Notes under the pieces: model-generated
Seen by the model: the letters and a program-made list of their open reading frames with translations, nothing else
Told to the model about the DNA's origin: nothing
The model's database searches: none
Position numbers and translations under genes: made by a program
Part shown: positions 37,901 through 50,700 of the stretch, piece after piece
Layout of the letters: each line of letters opens with the position of its first letter
Position numbering within the stretch: position 1 is the first letter of the stretch
Assembly (NCBI GenBank): GCA_903813345.2
Contig: CAIIXF020000001.1
Span: forward strand, 13,020,001-13,084,000
From: Owenia fusiformis
Taxonomy: Eukaryota
Direction: 5' to 3'
Length of the DNA stretch: 64,000 bases

Positions 37901-40900
37901 ATGGATATATGGATTTTGTTATCGTCTGCATTTTCTATTGCATTATGGGGCATTGTCTCTTCGTCAGGTATGTCTGTTTCAATAATCTCAAATTGTATTT
38001 ATGGATATGACTTAGGCCTGTAATCTGCAGCAATACTGTATACTTGTATCAAGACATGTTCTACATGCCCATTGAATGATTTAAAGCATCTTTTTGCATC
38101 CACGCTAGAAATCACCAAAATTCTTATTGAATTGGCATTACAGAGAACAAGATGTTCTGTTACTACAGTAGCTTCGCCATCAACAGATCAGGCAAGGCTA
38201 AGTTCCTCCCCGAACACATCAACCCTTATCTCTGCACTCATATCATTTACGCATTTGCTGACGTGGTCGATGGTAGAGATCTGAGGCCATCGGCTAAGGA
38301 TGACGTTAGCAATAAAGGTATACAGTGTAAATATTGTAATTTTTTTAACACAAATAATGTGTTGTTCTTAAATGTAATAACACGATTAATTTTTAGAAAA
38401 TGTTGATTTTCAGTGTTTGCATATTATAGATAACAAAGCTATATAGGAATCTGATATGATTAAACTTACCAGCCCAATGCTTCCGAGTCGGAGTTTACTT
38501 ACAAATGAATTGTATCCATGTTCCAGATATTCATTCAGATATTTCCCAAGTTAATTTAGTGTTAGAGAATAATATGTTGGTTTTGCATATAAATACGATA
38601 TTTTTCGGTAGAACAAATGTTCTTCTTCAGCCATGCTATAACTATATACGAACATGAATCACATTATTAAAACAAGGTACATCTTTTAGGATTATACTAC
38701 AGGACAATGGGTCTGAAGAAGTTAAATCCAGAACTAAAGGTCCTGTTGGCAGTAGGGGGTTGGTTTGTCGGTTCAAAACCATTCATTCCTATCTTGCAGT
38801 CCGACTCCAATCGTTTGGCATTTGTTGCCAACGTAATTGCCTACCTAAGAAAGGTACGTAGGTTGGCATTTTTGTCATATTTTTGAAAATGTTGTTATTC
38901 AGTAAAAGCCAAGTCGCAAGATAGCAGATAAGCGGCATTTAAAAAACATTTGAATTAAAGTTCTCTATGTTAATTCCCGATGACACAAAATATTGCAGAT
39001 TCATTCCAAATTGATTTTAAAATTACAATTTGATTTCTAATTCTTTCGCTCTCTTCAGTATAACTTTGATGGCCTGGATATGGACTGGGAGTTTCCAGGG
39101 GCACGAGGAAGTCCTGAATCTGACAAGCATCGTTTCACTCTCCTGATGAAGGTACATGGATTTAAAATACCTGTCACATTTACAGTGTGGGCTCACCGTT
39201 TGCCACCATGTGGCTGATTCTCCAGAATTTTTATTAATGCCCAGGCATTAATCTTTTAATTAATCAATTGCCATAATTTTTGTATTTGGTGTGATGGGGG
39301 ATATCTTGCTTTAAAAATATTTATTTTACCCATCATGTACCCATGCCGAATCCCATCGTCTGCCCAAAAATATTCACACGGTTGAAAAAATTGTGTCAAA
39401 GCCCAATGTGACAGCTCCATAAACACAAATCCATTAATACAAGTTAGAATATGTTCTCTCGTTTGAAAATATTATGATAGCGTTTATAGTCATCTTAAAC
39501 GAAACATGCTTGATAATTTATAATCAATACTGTTGTGATAGTGTTTTCCAATAGATTAATTGTTGGCGCATTAAATTCAAAACTTTGTCCATTTGATTTA
39601 CAGGATCTCCAAGATTCATTCCGAGAAGAGTCAAAGTCTAGTGGTAGAGAAAAACTTCTGTTAACCATGGCAACCGCCGGAGGGATGTACTTTATCAGTA
39701 AATCGTACGATCCACCACGGTTGATACCGTAAGTAAAATCAACGTTCAAACAGATACTTATAACATTACTTCTGCACTAATATCTGATAACTATTGATTT
39801 TTATAAAAAGTAATTGATCAAAAAATATCAAAGTCATATTTCATTTCGATCATATTATCTCGGCCAGCCCTCAATTAATCGAATAAGAAACAATAGGCCA
39901 ATGGGTCAATGGAAGTTTATTTTTTGCGTAAATATCATTTCCGACATTGAGTTTGAAACAAACCACTGGCAATTGCAGGTTTCACAGTTGATTACCATGA
40001 ACAATTCCAAAGTTGCATACGCTGAATTTGATCTTTAGATGTTTTAAATGTTAAGCAAGAGGGAAAATTTTCCGGATTTTTCGGATTTTGATTATTTTAG
40101 ATAGGTTTGTAGCTGCTTTTTCTCTCTTCAAGGGTAACAATATAAAAATGCAACCTTTTTAAAGTGCTTTGTTACATGAAAAATCCTCATCGAAGAAAGT
40201 CATTGGCATCTGAAAATATTGCCAGATTTACAATACTGAGTTTGCTACATTTTGCTGGAATGCATCGGTAGTAGCCAGCGTGGTACATTATGAGGTGTAA
40301 GCTAATTTATAAATAGACATAAGACACATCTAACTCATCTTTCTTATAATTTTTAGTTTTTATTGCCTTATGGCAGATAATATCTTCTGCGCCGGCTATT
40401 CTATTTGACCTACTTTCTGAACTTTCTCGCCTTTTTGGAACTTTCTTGATTTCTGTCGGCAGTTTTGAAAGATTGAAACTGGCAAAGAAGAAAAACTTCC
40501 CCCACAATATGTTTGTAATAGAAATTCATTATTTCTAAATAATGGTAATTTCCTACTTTTTTGATTTAGTCATTTTTTTATCGAAAATTAATTACTTTCA
40601 GTCACATCGACTACCTGTTACTAATGGCCTACAACTATCATGGGAGCTGGGAGGATAGGACTGGGCATCACAGCGGTAGCCACCCCCGGGCACAGGAAGT
40701 GGGGCCTGAGAGGCAGTTAAACCAGGTTAGTCACTATATCTGGAACAGGCGTAAAATATTGGATGTGCTTACCTCATTATAAAATACTTCTTTGACTCCA
40801 CCAAAATGAATTACAGAAAATGGTAGCGGTACTAGCTGCGGAATATCTCTCGAGAGCCCTGTCTTTGGAGGATGCTTTTATATTATTAATGGTTGAAATT

Positions 40901-43774
40901 TATCAGCTTTTCAGGTTTATGGCTAATTGTGTACTGGATATGATTTGTCAATTAATGAGTCGACTGTCTTAATAAATGCAAAACGATCAATTGAATTTAT
41001 CGATATATTTTATAAGGATGAGTTATTATAAGATTGACAAGCATTGAACATTTAAATCTTCTCGAAAATAAATAAAAAATCTCTAACGATACTATTGTTT
41101 AAGGATTTAAGCCATGGACTCAGTGCATTGTTTGCTGAATCATTGTTTCTAAACCTTTGCATGACCGCGCAGCGGGAATGCAACGTTTAGGAAACAACGC
41201 CTGAGTGGAATGAAGTCTTGGGCTTAAATTCTTTTCACACATTGCAATTTTTCTACAAAATCATCCAAAAGGAACGAAATCACCAAAATAACACATTTTC
41301 AATGAATTTTTTTGCAAGGGTCAAGTTGGCAAGTCATCAAATCCAAGGTGAAAAGTCCATTCATCAACATGACATCTGTTTAACAAGTGACCTTGCATGT
41401 GCTATTGATATTTCACACACTGTTCTATCTGTGAAATACTATTTGGCTGGAATCGGACACACCTTGCCTAGCTATGTGTGAATAGTGTCTTAAAGTTATA
41501 AACTCAGGACTCCGTACATATTGTTCAGTGTGACAATGGAATAGAATGACAAGATACAAGGTGGCGTCTAGAAAATAAAATTTTAAGTGCTCTAACTGTA
41601 TTCAATGGATTTCATGTTTTGTTGTAAACCACCAAATATCTACCAAAATATAGCTGCCTTTCTGTCAGGAATATACAATTAATGGAATTAATTAATTAAT
41701 GAAAATATCAAAGCTTCTGCTTGAAAGAATTGCTTATATCACACAAAAACCTCAAGCCGTGGGTGTAGACCACAGAAAGCATTAACGAGCATTTGATAGT
41801 TTTTTGTAATTTTGGGATCAAAGTTTGAGAGATCTTTCGCTCATATTATTTTGTGTAATAATTTTTTTTGTAAATCAAAAAGTTCATACCTCAAGAGCTA
41901 TAAACAGTATATCTTTTCATTTCAGCAATGGACAATTGACTACTGGTTAGAGCAAGGTGCCAGTCAGGACAAATTGATCGTTGGCATAGCAACGTATGGA
42001 ATGACTTTCACGTTGGCGGATGCAAATCAAAATGGTGTAAATGCAAGTGCAACCGGGGGTGGAAAGAAGGGAAAATATACAAAAGAAGAGGGCATACTTT
42101 CGTACTTCGAGGTAAAATTCAACAAAGCAATATTTTGTATAGCTGCATTTTAAAGAGTTCAGTTAAGAACGTCCCTCTCCGAAAAGGCATTTACAAATCG
42201 AGTAATGCCAAATATTATTTATGTTCCAGATATGTGATTATATGAAATATGGGATGAAAACTGTTTGGATGGATGAGCAAATGGCGCCTTATGGTTACCA
42301 TAACAACCTGTGGGTTGGCTATGACAACCAGGAGAGTATCACCTACAAGGTTCGTTACAATGGTTTTGAACATATTTGTACTACATTTACTAATAATATT
42401 ATGTAATTATCATCGTCTTTTTTAGCCTAATTGAGTTTGTAACATAGAATCATAGATTGGTTTTGAATTTTTCCTTTAGATATGGTATGAACTAAGACTG
42501 AAACAAGTTTTTCCAGATATCAAACTCATTCTCTTTTGTTCGGTTCTTTGATTTTAAATCGGTTTATTGTAGGCCAATAACATCAGGAACAGAGGCTTAG
42601 GCGGGGCATTTATTTGGTCGGTGGAAATGGATGACTTCAATGGAAAATCATGTAACCAAGGCAGATATCCACTCCTTTCGACAATAGCAGAGATCCTTAG
42701 ACCACAATCGGTGAAGACGTACATACCAAGATTCCCTCGTCCGAATAGGCGAACCACTTTACAACCTGGCCAGAGGACGCTAAGGCCAACACCAAGGAAG
42801 GTTAGACCAACTAAGAATAAAGTAAGACCTCGTTCTCGAACAAATGCTATCCCTGAAAGACCCAAAACTGACAGCCAGAATGCTAACGGTGTAAAAACAG
42901 CCAAATCCGACTCAGCTGACAACATGAGGGAACTGACTTCCAAAAAGGAAGGAGATCCCGATATGGTAACAGACGAAGAGAATGGCGACAGTCGGATTTC
43001 TCATCGAGGGGGAAATAACAAATATCAACGAACGAGAACTATTCCTACTGAAAACGAAGATGATACAGAATCAAAACAGATTAAAACAGGTACGAGATCA
43101 AAAATCGAAAGATTAGACAATAAACTTTTAGAGGATGAGCAAAGCGTCCATGTTATAAAAAAGAAAAAGACTCCAATTGAAAACACAAAACCTTCAACTC
43201 ATGATCAAAATACTGAAAGTGAGTCTAAAGTTAAACGAAAGGATGGAAAACGGATACGAGTTCGACTCAGAAAGAATAAAACTGGGGAGAAAAATAGTAT
43301 TCCTGACAATTTGTCAAGTTCAGCTCCATATATGCCCGATGCGTCCTCCACCTCATTTACCGTATTAACGATATTGATGGCACAATATTGCATTTATATT
43401 TAACCTATAAAAAGTTGAAAAACAACCATTTCATTATTTGTATTTTCTACGTGTTTTCCAACAAGTTTGTAATACTACTGTACATATATTATATTGATAC
43501 CAGACGAAATAAATAACTGTTTACTATTAATCATAAAGTTTGTTATAAAACTATACAAACAACACAATCATTTATAAATTGTGAAAAACATATTTTATTT
43601 TCAGGCAAATTCGTTTGCCCAACTGCTGGTTTTTATAAAGACACCCTAGACTGTGGTAAATATTACATCTGCTTGAACATGGGGAATAAATATCGCCAGT
43701 TTCACCTTTCTTGTCCCCGGGATCTTAGGTGGGATAATACCCTACAGATTTGCACTTATAAGCATGGTTGCTGA
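37901..43774 (+). CDS. GH18 chitinase with a long charged/Pro-Arg linker and a C-terminal CBM14 (ChtBD2) exon; alternative read-through C-terminus ends at 43403
   Basis: Exons: 37901-37967 (signal peptide), 38144-38317 ([10 protein letters not shown]), 38690-38853 (KVLLAVGGW), 39059-39151 ([11 protein letters not shown], catalytic DxxDxDxE intact), 39604-39728, 40602-40725, 41926-42111, 42230-42349, 42573-43089 or -43218 (or read-through to stop 43403), 43605-43774 (six-Cys [29 protein letters not shown]). Confidence 0.93.
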
Positions 43775-46333
43775 AGAGGCTCGATATAAAGACTTATAAT
43801 ATGAATAGTAGTGTAGAATTGTTATTGCTTTGTATTTCATCATATCATTATCATTACTAGTACTGTGTCAATAGTACCCTGGATAGAGTCAAGACAGATG
43901 CATGTTTTAATGTTATTATATTATAAGGTGGCCAGGGTTAAAGATGCACTCTAAACCAAGAAGTGGGCAAGGTTAACTGCCATTATAGCGCAGTGTTCTT
44001 TGTTCGGACAATTTGGGATCAGGGGTGTTCTTTTTTCAATTCATTTCAATTTATTCATTTCATAATTCTTATATAATATACACTATAAAAACAAGCCGCT
44101 AGACACCCTAGTGGATTCTTCAAGGACCATTCTGTTTTATTTCAAAAATAATTCATGTATATTGCCTAGAAGGTCGATGAAACAAAGAAAACACGATATA
44201 TTGCATTGCATTGGCATTTAAGGGACATTATTTCAAGTCTTTAGTATACACAGTATACATTCACATTATTAACTTGTCAATTAAAGTGAAAAATAGTGAT
44301 GATTATGTACTGAAATCAAATATAAGGTTGAGATTGAACCCATTATATTAGAGATTAATTTTTTACACTTTTTCACTTCAACATACATAAACATTTATAA
44401 TGTCTCTATTACAATAATAATTACTCCAGTGAATAATATACTGTGTCAATTTAAAGTTGTACTAAAACCAATTTAAGAATCTCTTATTATCTTGCTTTTA
44501 GCACAAATAGCATCCCTTTTGTTATTTTGACTAGAAAGCTTTTGATATTTCCCCACAAAACACGATTTATTAAGTGACTGTCAACCTCTGAAATGTTGTT
44601 ATTTTTGCGCACGTTTTGAGGTCACATGACCATGACGCACCGTGTGCCAAGTTATTCTGGCGCTAAAACGAAAAGGTTTTGTTGCAAACTACTACGAAGG
44701 CTGAACCAAAGTAGAAATATACATTAGTTCCACATTCGCACGCATTCCAATAGCCACATAAATACGTTTAACTGATTGAACTTCACAAAAAGAAATTCTT
44801 GAGGAAAGAGCATTGCAATATTAATCATTACATATTCAAGGAATTGATTGAAATGCATTTGTGAAACCGTATATCGATAACTGAAAATGTTAAACCGAGT
44901 TTTATAGTTTGGCCTTACAGCATTACATTTGGTTTAATCCCCAAACACTGACACTGTTTGCTGTCATAATGCTGCTCGATTGATTCCGCACTCAATTGCA
45001 AGTGATATTATATATTATTTCGCAGAAAATCGTTTCAATCACACTCGTCATGTCACGTGACCTAAAATTCTGCTCTGAAATGAAATCAGTTTTGGCGCGA
45101 AAACAGACACGTGCTGACTTTATATCCCCGATATCATGATAAAATGAACTTTTGGAATTGTTGATGGTTCACCATCATCGTAAAGTGTGGCCTTCATACG
45201 GTAAGATATCATAAAAATATCTAAATCGAGTAAAATGGTTTGAGTACAACTTTAAAGATTAATCTTTTGAATTTCTCAATTATTTGATATGCTACCTGGC
45301 ACATTGAAATATATGAGCCCCTTAACAAATATTTATACTCTGGTTAGAGTCTGGGTGTGTCTTAGCGACTATAGTCACATGTATATTATGGTGCTTCATA
45401 TGTATGTAGAACTAGGACTACATTGTCATGGTACATTTTTTCTCATATGGTGGCTGAATGGTGATCGATCCCAAATTTTCATCAACCCTATTCCTCAGAA
45501 ATGTGCACAGATTAGCTGATATATCATCATGAGAAAGCCACATCGTAAATATGGACACACAGGATTTGCAACCAAATATACCAGGAATATATGTATTAAC
45601 AAAACTGAATTTAGGACACTGCTAAAACAATGTTAAATAAAGAATATCTGTTTAATACTGTTTTGTAATGTCTACAATAATACATCAACTGCCAAACTAA
45701 TACATCTTTTGCCAAAAGAAGAGTCAAAAGCATTTTACAAACATTTGGAAGAAAAATTTGAGGACAATGTTGTACTAAATCTAGTAGTACAGGTTGAAGA
45801 AAGTAATGAATTAAACTGTCACACTACAAAGAAATAAAGCATGTGATTTCTGATAATGATTCAATTTATTAAACATCATGTTCAATGTTAGTTTTATATT
45901 CAATTGTTACAATAAATTATAGACATTTAATTACTGCACTTATATTTACATTGCTACGTTCAAAAATCAACTCTCATATGCATGAAATTAATAAAATATT
46001 CTATATTCCACTGTTTCCACTTATAGTGAACATGACTGGATATCAAGTCTCAGTAAAATATCTTAATTCTCTCATGATAATATTTTTCATAACCAACTGA
46101 CATCCATTCAACTTATTTTACATTTTTTACTTACAGCTACTGCATTGACTTACTAATTATGGCCTTTTCTAGGTGAAAAGACCAATCAAATAATTTACGC
46201 TACCTGTTGGGTTTCAGGGCAGATATTTGGTTAACTTATGGCATCATTGATATTAAAAAAAAAAAATTGGTCAGGATTCTTTGGAAATGTCTATTTGCTG
46301 GTCCCTTGGTCAAATAATCAAATAAACCCTTTT

Positions 46334-46620
46334 AATGTATGATACATATGCAATATATTGCTCTTGAAAATGTATGATACATATGCAATATATTGCTCTT
46401 TCAAATGTATGATACATATGCAATATATTGCTCTTGAAAATGTATGATACATATGCAATAATATATTGCTCTTTCAAATGTATGATACATATGCAATATA
46501 TTGCTCTTGAAAATGTATGATACATATGCAATAATATATTGCTCTTTCAAATGTATGATACATATGCAATATATTGCTCTTTCAAATGTATGATACATAT
46601 GCAATATATTGCTCTTGAAA
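46334..46620. repeat. 35/38-bp minisatellite, about 8 copies
   Basis: Unit tgtatgatacatatgcaata(ata)tattgctctt(t/g)(c/a)aaa. Confidence 0.9.
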
Positions 46621-47497
46621 GTAAAGGAGTACAACATCATATGATAATTTCAAATACAAGAATATGAGTCGAATCAATTAAAAATTGGTCACATTTAGAT
46701 TGAGGCATTCAGTTCACATAATGAGGTTCAAATAACATGTCAGTAGATAGGGAATCATGAATAAGGGTAAAACATTCTTTAGTTACATTACACTTCAGAC
46801 AGGTTTCCTTGAACGTGCACGGAGGTCATACAAATAACATTGATCTATTACTGCTTTATGTTTAACCAATAAAACATGTAACTTCATGCCTCACTATGTA
46901 ATAATGAGACAACAATACCATACCAGTCTACCATGTTATTTAATGATGTGAAAAATTGACTTCTATACTGTGTCCATGTACAAGAACATGACAGATGGCA
47001 TAACATGAAGCAGAACAGGTAGTAGGATAAACATTAATAGTGACATTGCTCAGGGAAACAAACTTCCTGAAGGCCCTACTCACCCTAGAAATCTCACTTT
47101 GATCCCTGGATGCTGTTTTTCTTGTATCATATATTTTGATTCTTAAATAATATTTTATTCTAATATTTCGATTCTGTTTTTCTTGGATCATATTCTTACG
47201 CATAATTTGCATAATCTACCCAACAAGTTTCATCCCTGCATATAAGTCATAAACTAGGACCATTCATTTTGTCCTTGAACCATATACCTGCCTGCTCAGT
47301 TTCTCCATCATAGGGTACCATGACCTTATATGACTTGACATGACAGCAAAACATGACAGCAGCCACACATAACATGATTTATAGACTCGGCATCACACTC
47401 AATTACTTTGATAAGTTCCCTATACTGGATAATATTGCATTGTTATTGCTGTGTATATCTATATCCTAGTTAATTAATGCTAGTCGCTAATCATATA

Positions 47498-47669
47498 CAG
47501 TAAAACCTGTTTAGGTGGAACACATTTCATAACTCTAAAAAGTGTTCTTGGGAGGTGTTCCACTTACAAAGGTAGGCTCATTTAATGTCAATTGATCATA
47601 GGACTCTGAAGTGTTCCACTTATGGAGGTATTCTGCCTACAGAAGTGTTCACATTAACAGGTTTCACTG
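47498..47669. mobile_element. pogo/Tigger-like MITE just downstream of the SCP2 stop codon
   Basis: TA|cagtaaaacctgtt ... aacaggtttcactg|TA. Confidence 0.65.
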
Positions 47670-47781
47670 TACTATAAAACACATGAACATTCATCTGTTC
47701 ATATAAAAATATTAAAGGCCTCTATTTCAAGTCCTGTTTACTTGGCACATTTTGGTTGGTGTATTGGATTGGAGTGAATGT

Positions 47782-50700
47782 CTACAGTTTGGATGTCCCA
47801 GCCTTTGGTTGAAATTCCTTCAGTTTAAGAGCCAGAGACATATTGCCTGTGACCTTTAGCTTCCCTTGGAAGAATGCCTGCAAAAATACAAAATAGTAAA
47901 AAACTGTGTTAATTGCTCTAACCACATATACTATAAAGGCACAATCTTAACAGAATCTGGTATCCAATGATACTCGATGTATCTCTGTCCAATTTTGGTT
48001 GATATGCAAGTATAACCTTAGCCAAGGACTATTTTAAATATAGTGAAGCTTGAGTTCAGACCTGTATACATATACTATAATATAAACAAATTGTAGCACT
48101 TGTGGAATATTATATCCATGCCAGAATGCATTAATACTAGCTCCATGAAAATTGTCAATACATCTACTTGCATTTCTACATTTAGCTATAGTACTTTTAT
48201 CAGAATATGTTTTATGACACGTTCTTACCTTCTGTGGGTTGAGCTGTCCTGTCATGAGATTGAGCAAATCTTCATCAGCCATATTAATAGTACAATCTCC
48301 CTTAGCTGGAAACAGAAGTGTTATTAAGTAACAACTACTCAGATTAAAGTTTAATTGTTGAATTAAATGAAAACAATAAATCAAAACAAGGCATTACAAA
48401 TCAGATGTTGACCATTGAATGCTGAACACCATCCATAAAAAGTTGGAGACAATAACAATGCCACTAGTGGTGACATAATAATTTATTGAATATATGAATT
48501 GAATACTACACTATAAATGACATACAATTTGTATTTTAAAATTAAAATTTACGGAGGATAATTCTTTTTTGAAAATAGGTTTGTTTCCATGAGAACTGAC
48601 TATATATGTACTTGACTTATGTAATGCATTATAGTACCATCTCCATGAAAACTGACTTTACATGGACTTGACTTATGCAAAAAATGAATGGGACATATCA
48701 GTTAATGTCAGCTGTCAATTGGCTCTGCATTGATCTCACCTTCTGTTCCAAATGAGACTGATCCATTGCCTGATTTGGCATCTACTACCCACACCCCTTC
48801 TTTGCCTCCGGGACCTCCTCGCACCTTAAACACGTACACAGCCTTCACCTTTTTCACTATGTCAGCACCATTCTGGAACAGGGAAATATAGCAGGTTTAT
48901 TTTTTAAGATTTATTTATTTAGAAAAATTAATATATACAATGATAAAACATGACAAATACTGACACCAAATGGCATATATAAGTATAAAGTCAAGTCTCA
49001 AAGAGTACCATTAATAAAACAAAAATGTAATAATCACTATACAAGTATTTATACAACAAAACAGTACAATGTATACAGCAAATGTGAAATATCCCAAGTT
49101 TGGAATATCAGAGGTAAATATCTACACAAGTGGACAAGGTTCAGAGGCCAAAAACACTTAAATTCACTTAAACTACAAATGAGAGATCCAAGAAGAAGAA
49201 GACCACTGCACAACTGCCAGTAAATCTGTAAATGATATTGAAAAGATGAACATGATAAAATTCATAATCATATCTTTATTCTCTGAACTGGCAGACAAAG
49301 TTACCTTTTTCAATTCCTTCTCCAGCTCAACAAATACTGGTGATGACTTGAACCCTTCTGATCCAAGGGCACTGGAGCTAACAGCCATTGTTTGAAGACC
49401 ACTAAGAAAATAAGAAATAAAAACAAAAACACCTCAAACAAAATTTATAACTAAACAAAATATTTTTTTGTAAGCAGTTGAAAAAAATGCAACAGAGAAA
49501 AATATTTTACAGAGACATCTATTACAGAAAATTATTTAGAAAACAGTGACACATTATTTAAGTATCAATTGAGTATAAAATTTGTATCAAAATAAAAAAC
49601 AACAACTTTGAATGTGATAGCCATTGTATTTGTTTCAATCATGTGTCCTAAGATTATATTCCATCATATATTTTCATCAACAATAATAATATTCAATGGA
49701 TAAAACGTACGACTGTACAGCCTCTGGAAATCCAAGTCTATAAATGGTGACCACAGCAGCACCTCCAAGTCCTAGATTATGTTGTAGAGCTATCTTAGCA
49801 CCAGGAACCTGTCTTTTACCAGCCAGACCTCTCAACTGCCAGGAAAGTTCTGCACACTGAGCAAGGCCTACAATGTAAGGTATTAGAATTAATACATAGT
49901 GACAATAGTCTTCTATGGTAGTTCATTGAGCAAGGCCTACAATGAAAGGTATTAGAGTTTATACATAGTGACAATAGTCTTTTATGGTAGTACATTGAGC
50001 AAGGCCTACAATGAAAGGTATTAGAGTTTATACATAGTGACAATAGTCTTCTATGGTAGTTCATTGAGCAAGGCCTACAATGAAAGGTATTAGAGTTTAT
50101 ACATAGCGACAATAGTATTTTATCGTAGTTCATTGAGCAATACCTACAATGTAAGGTATTAGAGTTTATACATAGTGACAACACAACAGTCTTCTACATT
50201 TAAATTCCGGATTGTGACCCATCTGGCTGAACATGCATTATGATGTCTATTGTAATTTTAATGTGTCTATTACAACAATATGGTATAGATGGTAGTGTTA
50301 TCATTGGACTGTGCTTTATGGAATGTACAAGCCAGGTAAATTGTATTAACACACAAAAGAATATAACAAATAATACATGATCATTTGCAATAACAAACAG
50401 TGGGTCAGTGGCAGCCAGCATTTTTTTGTTATTAGTCAAGTACTATGACTCTTAGTTAACGCCTTGGTCACATATGCTCTGATCCGGTCCCCGGCCGATT
50501 GAGTGTTTTGTTCAATATTGTATTCAATTTTGAACAAAATACTCAATCGGCCGGGCGCTGTAGTGAAAATCGGAGGAAATGTGACCAAGGCATTACTTAT
50601 GCAATGCATGCTATTTGCAGATTACCTGTAGCTCCAAGTGGGTGACCTTTGGATATTAGACCTCCACTGGGATTCACCACATACTTGCCACCATATGTGT

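Noticed and set aside
42554-42943. 129-aa minus-strand ORF
   Set aside because: Antisense to chitinase exon 9.
46310-46640. Two repetitive ORFs
   Set aside because: They are translations of the 35/38-bp minisatellite.
49816-50184. 122-aa Cys-rich repeat ORF
   Set aside because: It is a translation of the 69-bp intronic tandem repeat, out of frame with SCP2 exon 10.
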